Origin: the human T2T-CHM13v2.0 reference genome, Homo sapiens
DNA length: 64,000 nucleotides
Assembly: GCF_009914755.1 (NCBI RefSeq)
Contig: NC_060926.1
Reading direction: 5' to 3' (one strand)
Each line of letters starts with the position of its first letter. The stretch's first letter is position 1. Shown piece by piece: positions 13,869-28,492 of the stretch. Made by a program: the position numbers and the translations under genes. The notes under the pieces were generated by a model. It saw nothing but the letters and a program-made list of their open reading frames with translations, did not search any database and was not told the origin of the DNA.

Positions 13869-14570
13869 TGATAAGATTTCCTCAAGTACAGATGGTGCTC
13901 TGCCCTTCAAGGAGAATCAAAAGTGGGGAGACCTTGACCAGCAAAACCAGCCCGTGTGGGGTTCTCTCAGGAATTCAGATGGCCTGAGACTTATCCTGAG
14001 ATACCCCCAAAGAGGTAACCTGTGATCATAATTAGAAATTACAACAAAATACTAATTATCTGTAGACCACATAGCATTTGGGTTGCTCTGTTATAGAAGC
14101 AGATGGTGTTACAGAGAAGGAACTGCATTTAGCTTAAGAAAAATAGGGGCAGCTGGGGCAGGAGCTCAGCGACTAAGAGTATACCGAGTTGGGGGAGGGA
14201 AACACGCTGTGGGGTGTGAGTGCAGGAGAGCTGACAGCTGCAGTGGTACCACGTGAAATGTATGGAGGGCGGGAGAAAGCCGACTCCACCTTATAAGGAC
14301 TTGCAGCCAGGACAGCAAAGCCCTAGAGACAGTGATGAGAACTGCACCAGGCATAAATGGTCCATAAGCGCCCTCCAAAAACTGGATGATGCAGAAGAGG
14401 GTGAGAGGACACCTTCAACGATGAACTTGTGTCTTATAGCAAATCTCCCACTGATTTTGATTTTCTACATTAATACTTAACAGAGTTTGTCTGTGGCATG
14501 TGTGTGTCATTCTCAGGCAAATCCTTTTTGAAGTTTCTGCTTAAGTATTTAAATGCAGTACTGGCTGTTG

Positions 14571-14592
14571 GTGGGGTGGGGTGGGGTGGGGG
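14571..14592 (+). repeat. (GGGGT)n short repeat, G-quadruplex motif
   Basis: gtggggtggggtggggtggggg: four runs of at least 4 G with 1-nt loops. Confidence 0.8.
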
Positions 14593-15393
14593 AAGCCCTC
14601 AAATCTGAGTGTACACCTCTGCTTCTTAACACTAGGTGTGTTCCCATAGGAAGTCAGGCATGCCTTAAATAGACTTCCCAGGAATGGGAAATGGCAGCTG
14701 CAGAATTACAGAAGTTGTATCTGCAGAATTATGAGCGTGCTTGTGGCTCCCTCCATTTTTATGTGTTCTGATTTAGTGAGCTTGATATTCTGGGACTGAT
14801 ACCAGCTTCATATGTACACAAAGGTCACGCACTCCTCCTCCAGTTAACCACACAGATTAACATGTGGGCTGCAACTGCATGAGCCGTGCAGAGGATAGAG
14901 TCACTACCCCTTCGCTCTTCTGTGCTCTTTAGGCTCAAATCCTCAGTGGTCAGTCCCTTATTGAAGTGCCTTTTTTCCCTGAAAGCACTCTAGTAAATGG
15001 AGGTTTAGCATTATTACTGAATCCCAGCTTTTTCTAATACATGGAGCTCAGTGCTTACTGTCTGTTCCAGAGCAATTACTTATCACCATTACCGGAGATT
15101 TGAGTCCTCTCCCTTGGTGATTAGACTCTGAAGGATAGTCGTTTTAATTTTGGTAGTTATGATTTAATCTTTTCAAGCTTTTATTATGGACAATTTCAAT
15201 ATCAAAAGCAGAAAGAATAATGTAGTTCCCATGGACCTATTCCTAGCTTAGTTATTACCCATGGCCAGTCTTGCTTCATCTGTACTTGTACCCATTTCCT
15301 CTTTCCCTCGGATTATTTTGAAACTGTCATAGAAATACTTCAGTACATAGTACTCTCTGTTCCTTCTGTTTCTCAGTATCTTTTCAAAACTTT

Positions 15394-15685
15394 TGTGTGT
15401 GTGAGACAGAGTCTCACTCTGTCTCCCAGACTGGATTGCGGTGGTGTGATCTCGGCTCACTGCAACGGTCACCTCCCAGGTTCAAGCAATTCTCGTGCCT
15501 CAGCCTCCTGAGTAGCTGGTATTACAGGCGCCCACCACCACACCTGGCTAATTTTTATATTTTTAGTAGAGATGGGATTTTCACCATGGTGGCCAGGCTG
15601 GTCTCGAACTCCTGGCCTCAAGTGATCTGCCTGCCTCAGCCTCCCAAAGTGCTGGGATTACAGGTGTGAGCCACCACACCTGGTC
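15394..15685 (-). mobile_element. AluS (Sz/Sx-like) with short (TG)n in place of the poly-T tail
   Basis: Full antisense Alu flanked by TSD ttttcaaaacttt (15381-15393 / 15686-15698). Confidence 0.92.
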
Positions 15686-16116
15686 TTTTCAAAACTTTCT
15701 AAACATCATAGTAATATGTACTTAACTCATGAGGGGCTTTTCAGATTTTTGCCTAGAATGAATAAATTCAGATAGCTCTACAAGTATATGGAGTGCCTAC
15801 CCTGCACAAGGCACTATGCTGGTTGAGGGATGGGTTAAGGTCAGATTTTGTTGGATAGAGTGGAATTATGCAATGGAAGTGGATTTAGAAGATGTTAGGC
15901 CCCTGTCCTGACAGCACGCATGGTCTAGTTGGACCTTGGAATGTTGGCTAACAGAAAGGAACATAAGTTAGGTGCTCAATGAAGTCGCTTGCTTTGTCTG
16001 CTCAGCAGAGCTGGAGGCTGTGTCGTCTGAGTATTTGAAGATGAGGGCTTTTAGGAAGGGCGTAGATATTGGGTTGGGTTTGATATTGTGGTTAGTCAGT
16101 TGTCAGCCAGCAGTGG

Positions 16117-16307
16117 AAAGTGAAAGTGGCATGTGCTTGAGCAAAGCTGGCCTAATGGGATATAGATTTACCCGACACACACTGATAGCAAATAGATTGT
16201 CCTTACAGCCTTTACCAATATAGAACTTTGATACGTACCATTCTGTTTGCAGAAAGAGCGACCAGAAATGTGCAGCAGTCAGTAATGTACCCCCTAGGGT
16301 TGCTGTT
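16117..16307 (+). repeat. Local direct duplication, copy 1 (191 bp)
   Basis: Ungapped match to 17729-17919 with about 11 mismatches by manual alignment. Confidence 0.95.
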
Positions 16308-17728
16308 CATTCTGACTCAAGGAACTTTTTGGAAGCCCATTGCATAACTAAAAAAGAAATGGGCAGTCTGGTGTATTGTTGGCAAAGCACACCCTGCCAT
16401 GCCACAGGAAAGTCGGCCCAAGTTGTACCACAAAAGCTGCCACCATTGCTCCCATCCTGATGCTGGCTATCACTACTGAATGCCTTCTCTGGGACTGAAT
16501 CCTAAACCATCCCTGTGTCCTTTTCACCCCGTCAAGTTTCCAAGTCCCAGGTAGGACTGTGTGATCAAGGTGGGCCACACACCTAAACAGTGGGAGGAAA
16601 ATTGTGTTGGACTCCTTCGGCTTCTGTAGAAGACCTGGGGCTCTGCCTTCCATCAACAATCATGCAATGGGGATCTTCCGCACGTAGAGTGGGGGTTTCA
16701 GTGCTAAGCCTCCAAATGTCCGCTAGGCATATCACTGTTACCTTGGGCTGCTTCCTCTCCCTTCTTCTCAGTCACAAGGCCTTGGCCCTCCTTAAAAATG
16801 CCATGTGCACCTGTTGTTCTTGCTTTTCTATTCCCATAGCAACCACGCTAGCCCAGGTGCTCCTCACTGTCAGGTGCCTCAGAATCTCTTGTACAGACTT
16901 GCTGCTTTCAGTGGCTCCCGTCCCCACGTCTTCCTACACAGTGCTGCCGCAGCATTCCTGTTAAGCAAAACAACACGGTGGCTCAAATCTAATATCTTCC
17001 TGTTGGAAGGCAAAGGCCACCTGCTTACCTTGGCCCTGCTCTCCACAGTTGACACCTGGCTTCTGTTTCCAGCTTCTCTCCATGTAAGCAGGTCCCCAAA
17101 TGCCCTGTACCTTACCATCTCCACGATTGCTTTTCAATGGTTCTGTTTTCCAGAAGGCTTGCCCGTCTCTCTGCCCAACAAAATCTGTTCCACTCAGGTT
17201 CTGCTGACCTCCCCAGAGAGAGGTGACAGCTTTTTTGAGCTCCCATGGCCCAAGTGTGCATTGCTCAGTAAGCCCTTTCATGTCCCATGCCTGTCCACTT
17301 AGATGGATGAAGCCACTGGACAGCATTCAGCTGTTCTTTGTATTTCTCTTATTGCTTAACACAGTGCTGGATGAACGGGGGCTCACTAGGTATTTGATAC
17401 TTTCTTTTTTTTTCATAAGAGAGCAGAAGAAAAAAATAACTAGGAACAGGAAAAGTGAAGTGCATAAATCATACGTTGAGTGTTGACAAGCTGAGGACTT
17501 GAGGACTCAGGCAAGCTGGAGTGAGGGAGGAGGGGGACAAGTGCCTTTGGAAAGGCAGTGTGGTTAAGTTTGTGCTCTGTTTGTGTTACAGACCAAATGG
17601 AGTTGCCTTGGTTGTATGCTTCCCAGGTGTACTGAGTGCCCACCTGGTTTTAAAGGCTGCCCTGGCGGTGGCCCAGAAGCAAATGTAGCATCGTTTGCCA
17701 GAGACTCAAGAATGTGTCTGTATAAATA

Positions 17729-17919
17729 AAAGTGAAAGTGGCATATGCTTGAGCAAAATTGGCCTAATGGGATATGGATTTACCCGACACACACTGATAG
17801 CAAATAGATTGTCCTTACAGCCTGCACCAGTATAGAACTTTGATATGTACCCTTCTGTTTGCAGAAAGAGCGACCAGAAATGTGCAGCAGTCAGTAATGT
17901 ACCCCCCGGGGTTGCTGTT
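17729..17919 (+). repeat. Local direct duplication, copy 2 (191 bp)
   Basis: Ungapped match to 16117-16307, offset 1612 bp. Confidence 0.95.
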
Positions 17920-18342
17920 GATTGATGACTTCTCAAGGGCAGCATCTCCACGGGGCTCAGGGAATTCACCGTGAAAGTCAGCCTGGGCCTCCTGCCCACT
18001 TTCCCATTGCCTCATTCCGCTGCACAGAGAAGTGTTGAAAGGGGCTCTCCAAGATGGGCTGACTGTTTGCGACCCTCACAGAACCCTGCAGGCCATATTC
18101 ACAGCAAAGTTCACATGCAGAAGAATGAGAAGGGAAAGTTAGGAAGGGTCAGAGCACATGCAGCGCTCAGTTGAGTAGTTTGGTGGAAAGAAGTGGCCTG
18201 TTCCTTCAGAGAACTTGGGGAGATTTGGTGATAGAAGGGCATGACCTGTGAAAATGACTGCAGTCCGGCAGGGTCAATGTGATGGACTCACAGGGAGAGG
18301 CTGTTCCTCAGGATCATCTCCCACAGCACAGCCTGGCTCATG

Positions 18343-18347
<5 letters not shown>

Positions 18348-18375
<28 letters not shown>

Positions 18376-18667
18376 GAGATGAGGTCTCACCCTCTTGACC
18401 TCTTGCCCTCTCGCCCAAGCTGGAGTGCAGTGGCGCAATCTCGGCTCACTGCAACCTCTGCCTCCTGGGTTCAGGCAATTCTCCTGCCTCAGCCTCCTGA
18501 GTAGCTGGGATTACAGGCACCCGCCACCACACCCAGCTAATTTTTGTATTTTTAGCAGAGACAGAGTTTCACCATGTTGGCCAGGCTGGTCTCCTGACCT
18601 CAGGCAATCCGCCCGCCTCAGCCTCCCAAAGTGCTGGGATTACAGGCATGAGCCACCAAGCCCAGCC
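18348..18667 (-). mobile_element. AluS
   Basis: Antisense Alu with TSD tggctcatgtcttt (18334-18347 / 18668-18681) and small internal cctctt reiterations near the tail. Confidence 0.92.
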
Positions 18668-19675
18668 TGGCTCATGTCTTTCTGCTTGGGGCCTCCCCCA
18701 GTGCCCCGCTCTTCCCACCTCATGGGCCACTCTTATTTGCCCACTCATTGATCCCCCTGCAAATACTCACTTGAACTGCAGAGTTTTCTTAATGAACAGC
18801 CAGGCTTCCCAACTATGCGGTGAGCTCCTGAGGACCGGGGCTGGTCTGTTCTTTGTATGCTGGAGGGCTCTTTGCACTGTGCCAGGCAGCATATAGGAGG
18901 CCTCCTGGAGAGGCTGGGGCTCTATGGCCACAATCCTAGCCTCTCTGTTTCCGGGCAAGGGACTTCTAACTTAGGTCTCAGTTTGCCCATTTGTAAAATG
19001 GATATAAATGTACCCCAGATTAAAGAGGTAATGTGTAATGCCCCTGGGCATAGGAGGCACCCAAACACTGTCCTGATCCCTTCCATACCCTGCAGCCCAT
19101 ACACATTGTCGCACAGGGTTGGCACACATTAGGTGTTCAATAGTGCATGTCTGTTGACTAGTGGTAATGAGAGTTGTTGTGGTATCAGTTTTCGAAGATC
19201 TCTTAGAGCTGATTTTAGCCAGCAAGCACTCAGTAGCAGAATCACTGGGGGCGGGTTGGGGATAGGGAGTGATTAAGGAAACAGGTTGTTTAATAAAGGA
19301 GGATTGAGGAAACTGATTACTTTGAGCAATGAACACCTGGTTAATGCCAGGTAGCGACATCTTAAGGGAAAGGAAGTTGAGTCCAATAAGGAAGCCAATA
19401 AAAATCAAGAGGATAAACTTAAGATAGAGGGCAAACTAGATGGAATGCTCTGGGGAGTAGCGTCATTTAGTTAACACTGAAGAATCTCTTAAGATGACAC
19501 ATCTTTGCAGGGTGTGAAGGAAGGTGACCTTGGGCAAGTTACTTAGCTTACCTGAAATGTGGTTGTCTTCACTCTAGGATGAGGGTTGGTGATACATTTT
19601 CTGGAGTGGACGTGAGGATGTGTTGACGGTGCATGTGAAACATTCTCCATGATGCCTGGCACACACACACAGTAG

Positions 19676-20038
<363 letters not shown>

Positions 20039-21249
20039 TGAGTGAACACATAAATGTCATCAATGATTCCGTCTCTACCTGGGTAAACTTCAGAACTTAA
20101 GCATTAGTTGTGAGCATTTGGCCACGTGGTAGGGAGAATGAAAAGGCGCCCAGGTGTCTCTTGAGAAAGGAAGGAAGTTTTTTTCAGGCGGAGTGGGTTG
20201 GATGAGGCACATGTTTCTAGACTACTCTCCATTTTATTTTCTCACTTCTGGCCACTGTCGGTTGTAGAGGTGCCCCTTCAGTACACACACAGCTACGGTA
20301 ACAGTACCTCTCCATCCACAGTGACTTATATGGACTTAAGGGAGTTTCAGTCGGGGAAGAAAGTGGGACTTTTTCATTAAAACAAGACTCTGCTATACAA
20401 TGAGGGGAGGCCTAACTGCCTCTCCGCACCCTGATGTCATCTGGCTGGTCCCTGGATGGTGGGGATACATGGTACAGCCACCCAAGGCATGGCAGCCATG
20501 TGGTGATTTAAAAAGGAATTAACTGTTAGGACACCAGGAAGTGCTCAATTAATTCTTCTTCAATTTGGTTAGAGGAAAAAAATGCTTTTCTGAGTTTATG
20601 CAAAATGATCATGTTTTATTCATTTGGTAGAAGTCACTCTAATGGCATGCAGGGTAGATGATGTCAGCTTTTCCATCTCAGCTGAATCAAATTGTACGGA
20701 GCCCTTAATCTCTGCTAGGGGCTGGGGCAATCCAGTGGAAAAGGATGGTCTCAATCTCAGTGCAGTAGGAAAGCAGGAATCAGCTCAGTGAGGCAGGAAT
20801 CTACGCAGGTGCGCAGGTGTAGAGGAAGTGCTGTAGGGCCGCAGGGGTTGGGGCTGTGATAGAGAAGGGTGGAGGATGCAGGCAAGGGGCTCCCAGAGGA
20901 GTTGGTGTCTGGGCTGTGGCTGAAGTTCACCGTGTGACACTGTCCACGAGGAAGGCCTCAGATGAAGGAGGGCACTTCAGGTAGAGCGTGGGCACTGCAC
21001 AATGGTTGTCCTGGATGCGCAGGAGTGGGGTGGTCATCCACAAATGAGTGTTGCTAACCTAGATGTTGCCCCTTTGAGGTGTAAGCATATCTGGGTCTTG
21101 GTCCTTCAACCTGGCTGTGTTGCCTTGTCCGAGTCAGTTAACCTCGCTCTTTGTAGGTTGATTAAATGGTCAGTTATCCCTGCCATGCCTAGAGTGGTCT
21201 GTGTGGGGTCTAAGGGAAGAAATTTGAAAGGCATGGACTCTTTGCTAAA

Positions 21250-21313
21250 TTTTAGAGGTTGGGTTCTTGCTATGTTGCCTAGTCTGGCCTCGAACTCTGG
21301 AGCTCAGGTGACC
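21250..21313 (-). mobile_element. Short Alu/FLAM fragment
   Basis: tttagaggttgggttcttgctatgttgcctagtctggcctcgaactctggagctcaggtga. Confidence 0.65.
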
Positions 21314-21807
21314 TTCCACTTCCTGACTAGCAGACCATACCTGCTTGTGCCATTGCACCTAGATGAAAGTCATGGACTTTACGTGGCTGTGGCTGGGAGG
21401 GAGTTAAAAGAGTTTTTGCTCCATTCTGTCTCCTTGGAAATACTGTTCCCAAAGGATGTTGCAACCATCCACATGCCTGTTGCCTGTCCTTCCCACTTTT
21501 GCTTTTTTTCTGAACTTCTCTTTTCTGACTTTTATATACTAGGTTTACATATTCGAATCAAGAAACAGGTTTTTCTGGGAAATGTGCGTAAATACTTACA
21601 AGACAAAAGGCAATTTTGAGTCACTATACCTCTTATCAAAGTAGCGCAGTGCATGTATACTTTTATTGGAGTAGATTGCAGAGAAAACATATGCAGTTGG
21701 CAAATAATCCTGAGATTGAATATGCTCTCCTGAGTAACCAACAGTGACTTAGGTGCGCAGTAGAGCTTCATGTGTAGCCTTTGAAGCAAGGACATATGAG
21801 AAAATGA

Positions 21808-22097
<290 letters not shown>

Positions 22098-23129
22098 TTA
22101 CTATTAATAACTGCATTGGTAGTATTAAATATAACATAATATGAAATATCTAAAACTGTATTACACACATACTCAAATTATCTAGAAAACTTCACTCTTT
22201 AGTTCAGTAAGTATAGGCATGAATATATTTCATTCATCAGTCCATCTATCGGCCCGTCCATTCATGTAATCTTGGCCAGCATTCCCAGACTGTATCTCCT
22301 GAAGGTGATGTAATATCTGTAGACCTGCGGACACTGATCTTCCTCAGGACACAGCCTGGTAATCACTGTGAGAGACGGCATCATTGCGAACTTGGAAATC
22401 AGGGCCCCTTTTTTGGTCAGGTTGCCCATCTTGTTTTGTGCTAATAGACATACATCATCTTTATTTTTTGTTTTTATTTTTAAAATTTGAAGAAAGTTTA
22501 TGTAGGTCAAATGGATGAAAGAATAGTTAGTGTTACAGAACAGAATGCAATTGAGTATCTTTAGTGGGGTAAAAGGCACTTTGCCCATGATAATTGCCAG
22601 ATGTTTAGAGGTGCAAGAGGAGATGGCACCCCATTTTTTATGGCTACATTTCAGTGGCTTTCATGACAGAGATTATTTGTTTCCTGCCTTGGTTGCAGCC
22701 CAGCTGAAGTAAGAGGAGTCAAGGTCAGTGTGGGGGGTACTGAGATGGAGAAAACAGCAATATGGTTTATGATTTGAGAGGAAATGTTTTCTTAGCCACT
22801 CACATATCTTTCCATGGTTCTTCCTGAAACTCCATCACAAGAAATTAAATTATTTGAGTTAAGAAGTGGCTTTTAATAATCACTGCTGACAAGGGCATGA
22901 TGAGACACCCGGATAAACTGCTGGTAGGATACTGATTTGCCCAACCTCTGGTGTGATTTGGGCGATCTCTATGATAGTCATTTCAGAAGTATATACCTCT
23001 TCTTGCCCAGCAGTTTCATCTCAGTCAATAAGGACGCAGTTGGGCAAGTGCACACCAGGCACAGGCGTGGTTCCCTTTTGCAGGCCCCTCGTGATAGAGA
23101 TGACTGGTAATAGTCTAATTCCCAAAAAC

Positions 23130-23318
23130 AAAAAGCAAAGATGAAGCCACGTGGCTTTTATGACCTAGTCTCTAAAATCACAACTCATCGCTTCACCTTA
23201 TTTATTCATTAGAGGCGAGTTATTAAGTCCAGCCCACACTAGGAGGGAGGGGAGTTAAGCTTCACCTCTGAAGGGAGGAGTAAGAGAGAATTTGTGGGCA
23301 TAGTTTAAAACAGCCACA
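23130..23318 (-). mobile_element. MLT1 (MLT1F-like) MaLR LTR fragment
   Basis: aagtccagcccacactaggagggaggggagttaagcttcacctctgaagggaggag...gaatttgtgggcatagtttaaaacagccaca. Confidence 0.65.
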
Positions 23319-24369
23319 AACACATGAAATTATGTTCAGTCTGAGCATGTTAGTGTGATTAGGATCTACCTGCTGGAAGCTGTCTGTCTTCTCAGTGGGT
23401 AACAGAGAGCAGCAGCAAAGGGTAGGGCATTTGACTTTCACACTAGGAGATACTTGGATAACACTTAAGGAACAGAAAGCTACTCAGAGAGGACTGGGTC
23501 GCTGGAGTCTGGAAGCTTGGTCCCACCACACATTGCTTGAGGACTCTGAGTAAGTCAGATGTCCCCTGGGCTTTCCTATCTGGTTATGCTGAGGATCTAA
23601 TAAACCAGTGCAATTGAAAGCACTATATAAAACATGAAGCTGGCTGTTACTATCATTACCACTACTGTTACTGTGGGAAGAGAGTACCAGTGTGGGAGAT
23701 GGAGAGGGGTGGGACATAGAAATAGAGGAGTAGAGAGAGGGATTTGAATACTATTGTAACCAGATCAGGATTTCCTAGGGTGGCTCTGAGGAGGGAGTGG
23801 AGAAGGCCTGCCTTGGCTGAACTCGCATGAGGCCATGCCATGATGATCACAGGGACTTCTGTGAAGGACCCCTGTCTTGGGTCTGCCAGAACTCTAAGGC
23901 CTGGTCCATGAAAAAGGCATCAGTCAGGGTGGAATGTCCCAAAAAGAAAGCAGCCCCCAATCTTCTTAGCTAGGCCATACACCCAACTCATTGTTTCAGG
24001 ACTTACATGTTCATTCCTGGCTTTGTGCCAAGCCCTGTGCTAGAGGCTGGGGAGACTGTCCAATAGGCCATAGCGCCTTCTCTTTAGAATCCAAGTCCCG
24101 CAGGACAGGAAGACTGCAGCCGTTTTGAGTGAAAGGAGACTGAGCTTTGGCTGGTGGCCTCATTCCCTAAGCCTGGATTTGACCTTCAGGAAATGTTTTC
24201 TCAGATGGCCTTATTCTCTCAGAGGTCACATAGGTCTGAAAACTTTGTCTTTGGAAATTAAACTTTTTCCCCCTTTTGATATTTATAGGCTTCTTCAGTG
24301 TTGGGCAAAGATAAAGCCAGGCCATTGCATTCAGATGATTATAATTGCCACTCCTCCTTCCTTCCAAGT

Positions 24370-24688
24370 CTTTTTAAAAAATTTTTTTTCTTTTTTTTTT
24401 TTTGTAGATAGAGTCTCACTCTGTTGCCCAGGCTAGAGTGCAGTGGCACAATCATGGCTCACTGCAGCCTCAATCTCCCTAGGCTCAGATGATCTCCCCA
24501 CCTCAGCCTCCCAAGTGACTGGGACCACAGGTGAGCCCCACCATGTCTGGCTAATTTTTGTATTTTTTTGTAGAGACGGGGCTTTGCCATGTTGCCCAGG
24601 CTGGTCTTGAACTCCTGGGCTCATGCAATCTGCCTGCTTCGGCCTCCCAAAGTGCTGAGATTACAGGCATGAGCTACTGTGCCTAGCC
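24370..24688 (-). mobile_element. AluJ
   Basis: Antisense J-type Alu; TSD ccttccaagt (24360-24369 / 24689-24698). Confidence 0.9.
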
Positions 24689-25106
24689 CCTTCCAAGTTT
24701 TAATGGCCAACACCATAGTTCCCGAAGGCCCTGAATTCTCTCTCAGAAGTGGCTGGGCCTGTAGGTAGTGCTGTGCAGAGCATTCCTGCCTGAAGTTCCA
24801 CTTGCTGTTGACCAGGGCAGTGTGGAGAAAAGCCTGACACCACCTGGGGAGAAAGCCATGCGGCAATTGTGTCTCTTTTCATTTCTTGGTTATATTTCTA
24901 GCATGAAGGGGCTCTAAATATCCAGAAATAAATCTTTCTTCTACTAGCCCGGGCTCAACTATGAAAGATAAGTTACTTTTACTTAGCTGCTTGTGACCTC
25001 TGACTATATATTGCACAGTAAACCAAGTCAGTTCAGTGTCTTACTAGATCAGCTAATCTATAACAGATTTAAGTGGGAACGGTTGCTTCGGATAAAATGC
25101 AGTTGG

Positions 25107-25800
25107 AAAAAACCCAGAAAATAACAAGCGTTGATGAAGATGTGGGGAAATGGAAACTGTTGTTTGTTGCTAGTGCACATGTAATGTGGTGCAGCCCCTG
25201 TGGAAAACGGCATGACATTTTCTCAGAAAATTGAATTACCATATGATCCAGCAATTCCAACACTAGGTATACATCCCAAAGAACTGGAAGCAGGAACTGA
25301 TCAGATGGATATTTATACACCAGTGTTTATAACAGCATTATTCACAATAGCCAAAAGGTGGAAACAACTCGAATGTCCATCAGTAGATGAATGGATAAAC
25401 AAAATGTGGTCTATACATGCAGTGGAATATTATTCACCCCCAAAAGGAGGGGAATTCTGATACATGCTACGCCATGGACAAACTTTGAAAACATTATGCT
25501 ATGTAAAATAAGCCAGTCACAAAAGCACACATATTCTATGATTCCACTTACATGAGGTCCTAGAATAGTCAAGTTCATAGAGGTAGAAAGTAGGATGGTG
25601 GTTGCCATGGGCTAGAGGGAGGAGAGAATAGAGGACTATTGTTCAATGGTAGAGATTTTCAGTTTGGGAAGATGAAAATGTTCTGGAGATGGATGGTGGT
25701 AATGGTTTCACAACAGTGTGAATGTACTTAATACTAATGAATTATATACTTAAAATTTACCATTTTAACCACGTTTGTGTAATTTACCACTGTAAAAATC
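25107..25800 (+). mobile_element. L1MB 3' end
   Basis: ORF2 C-terminal remnant (ELPYDPAIPTLGIHPKEL...ALFTIAKRWKQ..CPSVDEWINKMW) followed by L1MB 3'UTR (gttctggagatggatggtggtaatggtt). Confidence 0.88.
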
Positions 25801-27789
25801 TTTTTAAATGTAATTGATTCCTAAATTTATGCTGCCAGGCATATGATTTTGGGATACAGGATTGAACCAGACAGAAGGCCTGACTGCAAGGAGAACTAGA
25901 TTGCTTTCTGCTGAGGAGAGATGAACAATACACACTTAACAAATGAGTAAGGCAATACAGGTACTGTAAGGACTTTGGGAAAGAAACTGGGTAATTAACA
26001 TGGTACAGAACCATGCCTCACATATGTGGGATGGAGATGCTTTCGCTGGGTTGGCTAGGGAAAGATTCTGATGAATTGACATTTGGGCTGAGTCCTGATG
26101 AGCAGAAATGATTTGATATCATAAACTCTACTATGTATATAGATGTTTGGAATCCATTTTACTGGAAATCTCATTGAGATTTGAGATGCAGAAAAATTGC
26201 TACAAAATCCAGAACTTAGTACAAATTGTGCTTACAAAACCGTCTGTGTTGAGTACTCCTAATCGGTTGCTTGAGGATTGAGATGGGGACAAGCAAGGCA
26301 TTAGTGTTTCAGAATGTTAAAATGGTTCTTACCCAAGGCCAAACGCTCCGACCTGGTCATGTTTTCATCTAGGTAAGGTATTAGCCTGTTCACATATTTC
26401 TCATGTAATATTTTTAGGAACTAGATCCAATAAAGTTTGCCCTGGGCCTTCTTGGAAAGACTTGTGCCTTTTAGAAAAGAACCGATTTACAAAAATCAAC
26501 GTATGGCTGATAGATTTTTAACTTGTCATTTAGAAGATCAGTCTATTTCACCTTGGAAACTAAGGCTATTTAAAGCTGTGAGTGTAAAGTTTGAAGGATT
26601 TTTTTATAATTCACCTGAGATGGAAAGAAATATGCTGCTGGGACGATGAAGTGTGTGCACAGCTGATTCGTACAATGTGTTTACATTTCCCATTATGTAT
26701 CTTAGAGACTCTCCTGTTGTTGCTCAGATTTTTCTTTTTAACTCAGTCTTGGGGTAGAAGATTAAAGTTCCCTGAAGAATATGGAAATGCAGTTGAATTC
26801 TTGGAAGTCTGTACCGTGCTGGCCTTGGTTTGTGATGAAGCTCACACACGATGTCTGTAAAACCCTGAAGTCCAGCCAGGTGCGGTAAAAGAGTATGGTG
26901 ACTTCAGAGTTTAAGAGCAGGTCATTTTGCAATAACTTTTTATAAGAGTACATGGCCATCTTTGCCTTAGGATAGTGAAGTGGTATTTTCCAGGACAGAA
27001 GAACTGAAATCATCTGAATTTCTAGGTTGTAGATCCCACAGTCCTTGGGAATTTTGACTTACAAACTAGGAAATTATTTCACCCTCATAAAAATCTCCAA
27101 CCCTCTCAGGTCTTTCCCACTCCCACTTGGGTTTGAATTGGAGTGTTTGCCCAGCCATGGTGATGATTAGGAGGTGTAGCAATATGGGCCCAGAAGGCGA
27201 CTTTGGGATTCATCTCTCATCTCTCGTAGTGCATGAGAGAAGCCAGCTCACGGCTCTCTTAGAAAACATCCATTGTTCCTGAAACCTGCAGTAATTGGAA
27301 CATGAGTGTAATACATACAGTAAACAGAATTCTGCCTATAAGCTCTTACCAAAAGCCTGCCAATGCCCAGCCTGCCAATGCCCAGCCCATCTTGAACTAA
27401 GGGGCTGTGATCCAACAGGAGGATATTGCCCACAGGTAGCTCCAAGTCTGCCTGAGGAGCTAAGATAGAAATGAAGTAATCAGAAAATACTAGCAAAAGT
27501 CAAATCAGGATATTTGGATTAACATCCTGAGGACATGGGATGTGTGAAAAGCTGTGCTGGGGAAAAGTCAGAAATGAGGAACTGGCTGGAGTGGGCAGGA
27601 GAGGCCAGGAGGGTCAGGGAAGTTCTTGGAGCTGGAACTTGGGTAAGGTCTTCAAGAAAGACTGTGACTACACTGGTCTGGGAGCTTGGCTAGGAAGACT
27701 TCTGAAGAACCCAGCCCCCAGACCTAAAGTAGGGGCTAGAAAGAAACAGTAACTCAAGGGTTAGTTATGTTTCAAAAATATTTACATTT

Positions 27790-28085
27790 CTGATATCCAA
27801 AGTGTTCTCTGTAGGGTTAATAGCTATTAGAAGGGAACTGGAGTTCAGTGGGCTCTGTGGCCAAATAAGTTTGGATAGTGCTTGAGTGAGCACTGGGAGT
27901 TTCTGGACTGCAAGACTACTCAGGCCTTTGTATGCTGATGTACAGTGACTTTCCCAGATGGGCATATATAGCATACAACTTCCTGCTTATTTGATTGTGG
28001 AATTATGTATTTTCCCCCCAGGAGGATCCTACGTGAATATAGTTTAGTTCCAAATAATATAATTGAGTTGAGGAAATGCTAGTCT
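27790..28085. mobile_element. MER103C-like hAT-Charlie element
   Basis: tgtggccaaataagtttgg...ggcctttgtatgctgatgtac...cttatttgattgtggaa, a degenerate palindromic layout. Confidence 0.55.
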
Positions 28086-28492
28086 AAATGATTTCACTTC
28101 AGTATGTGTTTTAGTGTGAATCACTATCAATAGTCATGTTTTCAGTGGTCTCAGTGCCCGAGGGAGTTGATTGGAAGGAAGTCAGAGGGACTTCATTAAA
28201 TAAGTCAGTGAATGAGGAGTCCTCCAAGGGATCCCTGCCTGGCAAGAAATACCCTCAGGCCATCTTGGTTCAGAAGTTATTCCTCCATACATTAACAGGC
28301 ACATAACACAGGCTTTAAAAAATACTAATTTTGTGAATATTATGGCTACTCCATAGACAGAGCATCCCCTTTTCTTCACTTGAGATACAGGGAAGGATTT
28401 TGTGTCAATGGTATGGCGTCACCATCCCCATGGGACAGGGTTGCAGCAGCTGGGGCTGTGAGGGAAGATGAGGCCGAAAGACCCAGCAAGAT

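Noticed and set aside
21002-21619. 205-aa ORF
   Set aside because: It runs through MIR and Alu fragments, has no recognisable domain and shows no exon structure.
25200-25460. ORF with similarity to L1 ORF2p C-terminus
   Set aside because: It is a decayed L1MB remnant, not a gene.
27353-27388. Short tandem duplications (15 bp here; 13 bp at ~47145; 20 bp at ~62190; 21 bp at ~63199)
   Set aside because: Ordinary slippage products, expected at this frequency.
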